Shown: positions 10,100 through 18,284 of the stretch, in pieces
Position numbering within the stretch: the stretch's first letter is position 1
Layout of the letters: each line of letters starts with the position of its first letter
From: Methanotrichaceae archaeon
GTDB lineage: Archaea > Halobacteriota > Methanosarcinia > Methanotrichales > Methanotrichaceae
Reading direction: 5' to 3'
DNA: 64,000 bases
Assembly (NCBI GenBank): GCA_963754945.1
Contig: CAVWIG010000031.1
Span: 1 to 64,000, forward strand
Notes under the pieces: model-generated
What the model was told of the DNA's origin: nothing
Seen by the model: the letters and a program-made list of their open reading frames with translations, nothing else
The model's database searches: none
Program-made: the position numbers and the translations under genes

Positions 10100-10111
10100 T
10101 TGAAGCTCAGA

Positions 10112-11413
10112 TTATAGCAGATCATTTATTAGTTTTGATACATTTTTAATTATATCTTCGTCGCCCTCATTGATCCCCAACTCAACGAGTCTCCCGGAAA
10201 CGTTATCAACAATATGTTCATTCCCGTTCAATATATTCCTTATAAATTTATAGTACTCTTCTGCTATCTTATTGGGATCATGCTCTTTAGTTACATATTC
10301 TCGTGCATTTTTTCCTATTGTTTTCGATAGTTGTTCATCTGATGCAAGCGCCTCCATGCACTTCAGAAGGGTCACCTCTTCGTATGAATCGACGTCCACT
10401 TTTAAGCAACAGTTATCAGGGATCTCGGAGAACCAGTCGGTGTTCGAAACAATTACGGGCTTGCCGGCTCCCATGATTCGCAACACACTGCTGCTTGTTT
10501 CGCCTGCTGTTGGGTATCTCAGATTAACACAGAAGTCGGATATTGCCAGGTAATCGATTATTCTACTAAAAGGAGCGTACCCAGTCATTTTAACTGATTT
10601 CTCTAGTTTCAAGGAGCTAATCAGATTATCGACACCTATTAGATCCTCCCCAATTAGAAGCAGAATTGAGTTGGGATAGTTTTTCAAGAACCTTCTGAAT
10701 GCACTTAATAATATAGGATACCGCTTGTGTGCGCTAATGAAACCAAAGCTCGTTATGACGGGGTTCTTATTGTCAATCCCTAGCTCTTTCTTGACCTCTT
10801 CTGTATCGATTTGATCTATGAAATTGATCTTATCAGGTATTCGGAGAGGCATATTTATCTTAGAGGCGGTGGCTTCTGGGTTGTATTCCATTGTTTTGTC
10901 CACCCCGAACTCGCTGTGGCAGACTATTCCATAGCTGCTATCCACAATTCCATTAAATAGAGGATATTCAAAATATTCTGGACACACTCCTGTCTTCACA
11001 GCAATCTTTGCGATTTCTAGGTCTTTGAAACCGTGACAATACTCAGACTCTTCAAGATAACGCTCTTTATCGCCCTTTGAAATTGAGCAACTCCGTAGAA
11101 ACCCATGCAAATAAATGTCGTGAAGAACCGTTATTCCTGGATATTTCAATAAAGAGTAATATATAAATTTATGTATTTCGTTGTTTCCCATGTGATAAAG
11201 AGCAATATCAAACTCATCCTTAATCCCTTCATATTGGGTATAATCCCGTATATCGAAATTGGCCAGGAGCTCAGAATCGGTAGGTTTTAATCCCTTATCA
11301 ATAAATATATCTATTTCTGCATATCTGGCTAAATATGGTAGCAAGTCTTTTTCTGAATAGTCCGCAATTCCTGTCTTCTGAGGACTTACTGGGGTAAAAT
11401 ATGCAATCTTCAA
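10112..11413 (-). CDS. Glycosyltransferase family 4
   Basis: MKIAYFTP..GIADYS start; LRYPTAGETS and GKPVIVS motifs. Confidence 0.9.
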   Translation of the reverse strand: MKIAYFTPVSPQKTGIADYSEKDLLPYLARYAEIDIFIDKGLKPTDSELLANFDIRDYTQYEGIKDEFDIALYHMGNNEIHKFIYYSLLKYPGITVLHDIYLHGFLRSCSISKGDKERYLEESEYCHGFKDLEIAKIAVKTGVCPEYFEYPLFNGIVDSSYGIVCHSEFGVDKTMEYNPEATASKINMPLRIPDKINFIDQIDTEEVKKELGIDNKNPVITSFGFISAHKRYPILLSAFRRFLKNYPNSILLLIGEDLIGVDNLISSLKLEKSVKMTGYAPFSRIIDYLAISDFCVNLRYPTAGETSSSVLRIMGAGKPVIVSNTDWFSEIPDNCCLKVDVDSYEEVTLLKCMEALASDEQLSKTIGKNAREYVTKEHDPNKIAEEYYKFIRNILNGNEHIVDNVSGRLVELGINEGDEDIIKNVSKLINDLL

Positions 11414-12459
11414 GATCTAATCGACTCCATTAGCCTTTCAATCACAGTATCCCAGGATAGGTTCATTTTGTTGATCTTATTGTATCCCTTTTCGCCCATG
11501 GCTTTGTATGTATTTTCTCGATACAGCATATCTATCCTTTCGGCAATCTTTTCGGGATTAGGTTCCACTACATAACCATTGATTCCATCCTCTACGAATT
11601 CTAGTGGACCCGCGGAATCCTTGCAAGTGATCACAGGTTTTTTAGAAAGGAAACTTTCAAGGGTCACATAACCCATGTCTTCCTCAAAGGGCACATACGC
11701 AACACACATTGATTTTGCATAAATCTCTAAGAGTTCGTCATCCGAAACATAACCCAGAAAATCGACTTTGTCTGCAACTCTATATTTTTTTGCCAAATTC
11801 TTATAATTTTCTAATTGGGAACCGGTGCCTGCAATCTTAAGCCTAAGATCGCTCTTCAGGTACTTCATGCTGGAAATAACGAGTTCCTGCCGTTTGATAG
11901 ACTCTAGTCTGCTCGGATAAAAAATATAATCTTCGTAGGATTCGCAAGAGTATCTTCCCATAAGCGGTGGGGGATGATAAAGCGGCTCTCCTTTTATTTT
12001 ATTAAATCGCCAAAGCCGGTTTGTTATTTTTTGTGATATCGTATATATCTTTTTAGATTCATTCAAACATCGATCATCGATAGAATACATTTTGTTTCGT
12101 ACTATCTCCCCCATTTTTCCATATGCCATAAAATCATCGAAAGGGGTATGGGCGAGATCGTAAGCGGATCTCCATTGATGGATCAGCCACACAACTTTAT
12201 TTGGATGCTTGACAATATAAGAGGGAAATTTTGTTGCTATGACTCCATCTATTTTCTGGCTACTGCTCTCAGTTAAGTCAAGCATTCGCCAAGCAAGGCA
12301 GCTATTTATTACCTCTTGTGGTGGGTACCATTTAAATGGTAATTTTATGTACTCTACTTCATGTCCTCTCTTTATAAGTTCTCTGTAAATGCTATCACAT
12401 AGTGCCTCCGCACCGCCCCGCACAAAGGGTACCTGCGTAGCGCATAACGCCAACCTCAT
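11410..12459 (-). CDS. Glycosyltransferase family 4
   Basis: GGAE, SRLESIKR and EDMGYVTLESF motifs. Confidence 0.9.
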   Translation of the reverse strand: MRLALCATQVPFVRGGAEALCDSIYRELIKRGHEVEYIKLPFKWYPPQEVINSCLAWRMLDLTESSSQKIDGVIATKFPSYIVKHPNKVVWLIHQWRSAYDLAHTPFDDFMAYGKMGEIVRNKMYSIDDRCLNESKKIYTISQKITNRLWRFNKIKGEPLYHPPPLMGRYSCESYEDYIFYPSRLESIKRQELVISSMKYLKSDLRLKIAGTGSQLENYKNLAKKYRVADKVDFLGYVSDDELLEIYAKSMCVAYVPFEEDMGYVTLESFLSKKPVITCKDSAGPLEFVEDGINGYVVEPNPEKIAERIDMLYRENTYKAMGEKGYNKINKMNLSWDTVIERLMESIRS

Positions 12460-12490
12460 CCCTATTACCTCAACGATCCTGATACCGTGC

Positions 12491-13555
12491 TTATTTCATC
12501 CCGATGACGGCGTAATCCTGTGGCCCGTAAATGATGCTGTTCAGCATCTCAGCATTCTTATTGAATACTTCCGCGAACCTTCTCTCTTTTTCATCTAATC
12601 CATCGGTGTCGATCAGCTCGAGTTTCTTGTTTTCTACTAGATTCGCGCAGAACTGCACAAAAGGTTCCCTGAAGCCCGCAGATTCTATAAGGAATTTGAG
12701 GGTATCTGGATGGACTGGTTTTTTATGATTCATATCCATATAAAAGTTGGATAAAGATACTAACGACAGAGGATTGGCAGTTTTTATAATTATATAAGCT
12801 CCAAATGTCATTTTAGTAAAGCAGAGACGAATCATATTGATTAGATAGCCAGGATCTAGATGCTCTGCAACCTGGTCGATAAATACCCCATCCAGGCTCT
12901 CGTCCTCTAATAGATTCAGATAGCTGATTGCATCCATCTTTTTCACATTCAGATTCAAAGTCCCGCAATAATTTGCCGTATCCTCATCCATAGCCACGCC
13001 GCGTCCGCCTATTCCTTGCTCTTTGAGCAATTCCAGGAATTCACATCGTCCACATCCTATATCAAGTACATTCACGCAACCTTTAAAATATTTGATGATT
13101 TCTGACTGTTTCTTCTTGATGTCTTCCCTACTTCCCCCGAACTTCTCTTCTAGAGTGAGGTAGTTTGGAGCACCTGCATTTATCAACTCGGACTGAGCGA
13201 TTTCATCCTCGATCTGAGTTGAAATTTTATCTAGCCTCTTGGTTGTATTATACATAATCTTGACGATGCTAGAATTGAACTCATTTTGTTTCCAGATCGT
13301 TGGATCGACATAACGCCGGATCTCACCAAGAATCAACTCTCTGCCTTTGACAAGAAACCTTCCCAGAATAGGCCTATGTGAGCTTATAAAAAATCCATTA
13401 TTCTGAATATCCCAGCTAGAGTTGATGTAATCAAGCTGTTTATGGGTTTCTATAGCCTGAACATCCCTCGCCCTTCGCCGTTTGATATTCTCTTTTATCT
13501 TGAGCATCACCTCTGCGACGTTTATCTCGCTATCAGAGATATTGGATTTATCCAC
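12491..13555 (-). CDS. SAM methyltransferase with N-terminal coiled coil (possible glycan chain terminator)
   Basis: VLDIGCGRCEF, QVAEHL and TANP motifs. GTG start after GGAGG RBS. Confidence 0.8.
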   Translation of the reverse strand: MDKSNISDSEINVAEVMLKIKENIKRRRARDVQAIETHKQLDYINSSWDIQNNGFFISSHRPILGRFLVKGRELILGEIRRYVDPTIWKQNEFNSSIVKIMYNTTKRLDKISTQIEDEIAQSELINAGAPNYLTLEEKFGGSREDIKKKQSEIIKYFKGCVNVLDIGCGRCEFLELLKEQGIGGRGVAMDEDTANYCGTLNLNVKKMDAISYLNLLEDESLDGVFIDQVAEHLDPGYLINMIRLCFTKMTFGAYIIIKTANPLSLVSLSNFYMDMNHKKPVHPDTLKFLIESAGFREPFVQFCANLVENKKLELIDTDGLDEKERRFAEVFNKNAEMLNSIIYGPQDYAVIGMK

Positions 13556-13571
13556 TTGTTTACCTCCAAGA

Positions 13572-14783
13572 TCATATGATCCATCTACAGGGAACTTCAA
13601 ATAAACCCCAGTTCCTTCCATTTGGCAAAACATCGAACGAGTATTTCCTATCCAGCCAATCATATGTTTCGCCTTCGCGAGAGTACACTCCGGCGGTCAG
13701 GAAAAAACGCCCATATAACATTGGAAGTCTCTCTATTTCCAGATCTATGCATCCATCGTTTTCTACTTCATCGATTTTGATCCCTTTCAGGTCGCTTGTA
13801 GTTCCATAGAGTTGGAGTCCCTTCTCTGAGTAAAGTGCAATCCAAAATATAGGATCAATAACCTTAGACTTGGCTAAGTAATGAATTCTAATTCTCATGG
13901 GATCAAAAGATGCAAACCTTTTCCCTGCTGCACCATATTTATCAAGAAGTTCGACTTCTCTTATAGCTAAGTTGTCTCCCCCTCGGTTTGGGTTCTCGGC
14001 TGCAAGATTATTTTCTTGAGAAATTTCTTTATTTTCTTGGAAAATCTCGTGGGCTTCCTTTTTGTAGCCGTAGATATACTTGTCCAGTATCTCTCCTGTC
14101 TCACCTATCGCCATCTGTTTCCCATTGCTCAGAAGCAAGGTTCTATCGCAAAATCGCCTCACAGCGGAAAGATCATGAGAGACGAGGAGGATTATCACAC
14201 CTTCTTTCCTGTAGCGATTGAATATGTCAAAGCACTTCTGCTGGAACTCCATATCTCCTACAGCTAGAACCTCATCCACTAGTAAAACATCTGGATCAGT
14301 CTGAATCGCTGTGGAGAAGGCCAGACGGACCTGCATCCCGGAGGATAGATTCTTCAGCTTGGTATCCTTGAACTTCTCCAAACCAGCGAATTCTATAGCT
14401 TCTTCGGTGCTTTGTTTGATCTCCTTCCTGGAAAGCCCCATGACGGTGGCATACACTCCAACGTTCTCCCTCACCGTGAGGTCCGGCTGGAAGCCTACGC
14501 CTAGTTCCAGGAATGGCGTAATTTTGCCATTAACTCTGACCGTCCCCTTGGTAGGCCTGAGGATGTTTGCTATGATCTTGAGCAGTGTGCTTTTGCCAGA
14601 ACCGTTGTCCCCTATTATGCCAATGCATTCGCCCTCATCCACCTTGAAGTTTACATCCTTTAATACAGTGAAAGTTTCGTATTGCCTGGGCTTCATCAAG
14701 CCGACCAGGTTCTCGAAAAGTGTCGTCCTCTTCTCGTGAGGAATCTGGAATGTCTTCCATAGGTGCTCGACTTGAACGGCCAT
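13572..14783 (-). CDS. wzt: Polysaccharide ABC exporter ATPase with Wzt_C domain
   Basis: GDNGSGKST, LSSGM and VDEVLAVGD; C-terminal beta domain; TAATG coupling to wzm. Confidence 0.93.
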   Translation of the reverse strand: MAVQVEHLWKTFQIPHEKRTTLFENLVGLMKPRQYETFTVLKDVNFKVDEGECIGIIGDNGSGKSTLLKIIANILRPTKGTVRVNGKITPFLELGVGFQPDLTVRENVGVYATVMGLSRKEIKQSTEEAIEFAGLEKFKDTKLKNLSSGMQVRLAFSTAIQTDPDVLLVDEVLAVGDMEFQQKCFDIFNRYRKEGVIILLVSHDLSAVRRFCDRTLLLSNGKQMAIGETGEILDKYIYGYKKEAHEIFQENKEISQENNLAAENPNRGGDNLAIREVELLDKYGAAGKRFASFDPMRIRIHYLAKSKVIDPIFWIALYSEKGLQLYGTTSDLKGIKIDEVENDGCIDLEIERLPMLYGRFFLTAGVYSREGETYDWLDRKYSFDVLPNGRNWGLFEVPCRWII

Positions 14784-15565
14784 TAGATCGCCTCTGCAAA
14801 TTTGGGCTCCAGTCGGTCGAAGATAGCATAGCCTAGCAGAAGCAAAGCCAGCGCGCATATGGCAACATATGCCAGATTCAAAGGATCTGGGGCGATCCTG
14901 TACAGGGTGCAGTCCCGCATCATGGTTATGATCTGTGCCATGGGATTGAGCATCACTATCCAGCGTATTTTTTCAGGAAATATAGTTATGGGGTATAATA
15001 TTGGGGTGGCAAAGAACCCCACCTGGACTGTAAGCCGCCAGATGAACTGGACGTCTCTGAAGTACACATTGAGAGCGGATAAGGCCATCGATAGACCCAG
15101 AATTATGAGAAACTCGAATACGAACAGGATCGGGAAGTACGCTAAAGTAATTCCTGGCACGACCCTGAATACCGCCATGAAGATTACGAATACTACAAAC
15201 TCCAGCGCCGTCATCATCAGCGCCGTAATACAGGTGGCTATCACGAGAATATCCCTGGGAAAGTAGACTTTCTGCACCAGGCTCGGCTTCCCCACGATGC
15301 CCCAGATGCTCATGGACGTTCCTCTGTCCAGGAAGTTCCAGAGTACGATTCCCAGGAGCAGGAAGAGCTGGTAGTGCTCCACTTGGATGCGCATGAGGTT
15401 GCTGAAGACGACATAGAGGACCAGGAGCATAAGCAGCGGCTCCAATAGTGACCAGAAGAAGCCCAGCGCTGAGCTTTTATAGCGCAGCTTGAAGTCGCTC
15501 CAGGCCAGCCTGATTATTAGATCCTTATATCCAGCCAGTTCACGAAGGTGACTTGAAGTTAACAA
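14783..15565 (-). CDS. wzm: Polysaccharide ABC exporter permease
   Basis: DFKLRYKSSALGFFWSLLEP, KVYFPR, FRDV and TPILYP motifs. Confidence 0.93.
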   Translation of the reverse strand: MLTSSHLRELAGYKDLIIRLAWSDFKLRYKSSALGFFWSLLEPLLMLLVLYVVFSNLMRIQVEHYQLFLLLGIVLWNFLDRGTSMSIWGIVGKPSLVQKVYFPRDILVIATCITALMMTALEFVVFVIFMAVFRVVPGITLAYFPILFVFEFLIILGLSMALSALNVYFRDVQFIWRLTVQVGFFATPILYPITIFPEKIRWIVMLNPMAQIITMMRDCTLYRIAPDPLNLAYVAICALALLLLGYAIFDRLEPKFAEAI

Positions 15566-15629
15566 TAAACGCCTCTTTATGATTGCTATGCTCTCAAAAT
15601 GATCTAACTAATCATGTCCAGGAAAATAG

Positions 15630-15890
15630 TTATATCAAACTCCTTTGCTCTTGCCATAAAGTTCTCCTTGTACCGTCCCAGGTCACTGGAATCTCTTCTA
15701 CTGCTATCTCATCAGCTCGTCTTTGTCTGTCTCGACCAGCAATCCTGTCCTGGTATATAATAATTTTCTCCAAGCAGCCTTCGTCACAGCAACCGCTGGC
15801 TCATGATGGTATTGCTTCACTGCACAAGGCCGAAGTCCTCATCATTCGCCGTCCATATTAACCTTTGCAGCGTGCGTGCAGTTCGATGCA
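15630..15890 (-). pseudogene. Decayed GT4 C-terminal fragment paralogous to 20877-21959
   Basis: HARCKG, DEDFGL, TGLLVETDKDELMR and RAKEFDI, with frameshifts. Confidence 0.7.
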
Positions 15891-16012
15891 TTCCTATTCT
15901 TAGATCTCTCCAAGAATCTCCACGTTATCTACTTGAAACTACCAGAACAGTAACGGACGGATATATGATCTCCAACAATCGGCCGTGAAATTCCAGAATC
16001 CACCTCTGGACA

Positions 16013-17455
16013 TTAGAGCTGATGGCCATTATTAGGTCCAGGTTCTTCACCGCTTCTGATCGAAACATAGCAGCGAGCGAAATCCAATCTCCATAAGGAA
16101 AGGGCTTTCTGTAGCCCTGAAAGTACCGCCTTGATGCTTGGTAGCACTTCCGAGCCTCCAGGCCGGACTACATAGCGGCCCAAGAAAGCAATGTTAATAG
16201 CACCATTCAAATCAGCATCCCCCGACCACCCACAGGAACACTTGAAACTCTTGCCGTTCCTAATGCCCTGCTCACCGCACACATGGCAGGTCTTGGAGGT
16301 GTAGGCCGGATATACTAGAACCAGAGGGATACCTACCTGAAGAGCCTTGTAGGTTAAGAACTCTCGGAGTTGATAGAATGCCCAACCATTGACCCTTCTT
16401 CGTTGGTTCTTGCCTACCTTCTCATTGATATCCTGCCTGATACCTGTTAGATCTTCCAGAGCTATCTTAGCAGGAATCTCCTGCGCTCTGGTTACTATGG
16501 CTTTGCTGATTTCGTGGTTAATCTGTCTCTGATAGCGGCTCTCTTTGCCTGATAGTCGTTGCTGAAGTTCTCGGCACCTTCGCCTGGAACTTCTTGTACC
16601 TTTCACGGCCTTCTGTTGGAGAACTGCTCTCATAGACGCGAAATGGGTCTTGATTTGCTTGATAGTTTTACCGCCAAAAGATTGACCTTCTGAAGTCATG
16701 GCAATATCAGTTATGCCTAGATCCACACCTAGAACCTTATCTGTGGCGATCTCATCCGGCGCAAAACCCTTAACTTGGATATTAATGTAGTATCCGGATG
16801 CTTTCCTACAGAGCGTTGCACTGGTGGGCTTAGATCCTCTTAACCTATCCCTCTGATAGTCGCCTAGAACCAACTTGATTCTTTGTCTGGAATGGAGTAG
16901 GGTAACGCTAACTTCGTCATCCTTCTCCCTATAGGCAAAGATCCTAGCGTCATAGTCGATACTGGTAGGCTTGAAGGTCTTAACATTAGCGTGGTCCTTA
17001 AGGGCGGTCTTGCGATTACCGGCTACTCTATTGATAGCCCTAACAACCAAATTTGGTATGTGTTTAGGTGTCCCAGAATCGGTTGGTAGCTACTGGTTCC
17101 TGGTTCCGGCGGTAATAAATCCCAGGACGCATTTAACTAGAAATCGATATCAAACGGCATCTTTGCCATAAAAACGATCCCTAGCAATTGGCTACACGTA
17201 AAACCGTAAAATTGGCTCATAGATACTGATTATGGTGAGCTAAACACATACCAAATTTGAAGATAGACCGAACTTAGTTCTAACGTCATAGTAAACAATA
17301 CCATGTATCATGATATTGTTTTTAATCTTAGGAGGCACGGTCTGGTTAATCCAGTTGCAAGCATCGGCAAAGGCTTTCAGAGTTTCATCTATCTCTGTGG
17401 CCTGTGTCTCTGTTGGCAACATCTTACATTTGACCGTTAGAACCTGTTCAGTCAT
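16013..17455 (-). pseudogene. tnpB: tnpB interrupted by a MITE
   Basis: Removing 17056-17251 and one target-site copy restores KFGLSSNLVVRAINRV. RuvC motifs are intact; the right end looks degenerate. Confidence 0.9.
17056..17251. mobile_element. 196-bp MITE, IS66-type ends
   Basis: TIR GTATGTGTTTAG/CTAAACACATAC; 8-bp duplication CAAATTTG at 17048-17055 and 17252-17259. Confidence 0.88.
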
Positions 17456-17679
17456 CTTGAGGTGGTGTATGTCATATTATGATATAAATGTTTCGTTGGG
17501 AAGTGTACCCAATTCCTCCCGCCCTTAAATGGAGCGGGTCGGGATCATGAGCTTATGACTTGAAAGTGATCGATATCTACAAAACACACTTAGCTGCTGC
17601 TACAACGAGACAATTCTGAAGATGCAATACTTTGGCGAGTGCAAAAAAAATATAGATAGAAGTTCTTATATTGATGTAG

Positions 17680-18282
17680 GTGCTTAGTCGGAAAATATCG
17701 AACTCTATAACGCGTGCTTTTCTACGAGCGCGGCTTGGCAAGGCATTAATGTCGAATGATGTCGAATCAAATGAAGGCTTCAAGTCTAATGCGCAGCAGC
17801 AAGCCGAATCCAAAGTCCAACAAGCAGTCGCAGAAGCCTCCACCGCTCTTGTGGCTGAACAAGAGCGCACTCAGCGGCTAGAAAGTCAGAACCAAATCGA
17901 GTATGTAGGCAGCTGTCTTGCCACCAGCCCACTTCGCGGCTCCTTAGATGTGCTTCTTCGGGTAAAGGCGATGTTCTCAAGGATCCTTTGGACCGTCAAG
18001 CACGGTATTGGAGAGCTGCTCAGACTCTTCCTTGCCCGTCTCATCAGTTTTGCCCTGTATCGTCCTACACTCAAAGCATGGGCGTTGGCTTTGTTGTGTA
18101 GATATCCAGCGCTTGAGGCATGGCTGTGCAAGTTTGCTATAGCAAGGGGGATGATCGTCTGCGGCACGACAGTGCAGTTACCTTACGAGCCGTCCACAAA
18201 GTTTTCGAGGCTTACACCCAGTGCTCGTAGCATCTACTCTGATCTTAAAGCCGCCATCAAACGACACAACGAGGAGGGCTGA
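17680..18282 (+). CDS. Hypothetical protein, probably a 5'-truncated coiled-coil glycan-locus protein
   Basis: QQQAE coiled coil; ends LTPSARSIYSDLKAAI; abuts the next GT gene. Confidence 0.5.
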   Translation: MLSRKISNSITRAFLRARLGKALMSNDVESNEGFKSNAQQQAESKVQQAVAEASTALVAEQERTQRLESQNQIEYVGSCLATSPLRGSLDVLLRVKAMFSRILWTVKHGIGELLRLFLARLISFALYRPTLKAWALALLCRYPALEAWLCKFAIARGMIVCGTTVQLPYEPSTKFSRLTPSARSIYSDLKAAIKRHNEEG

Positions 18283-18284
18283 TA

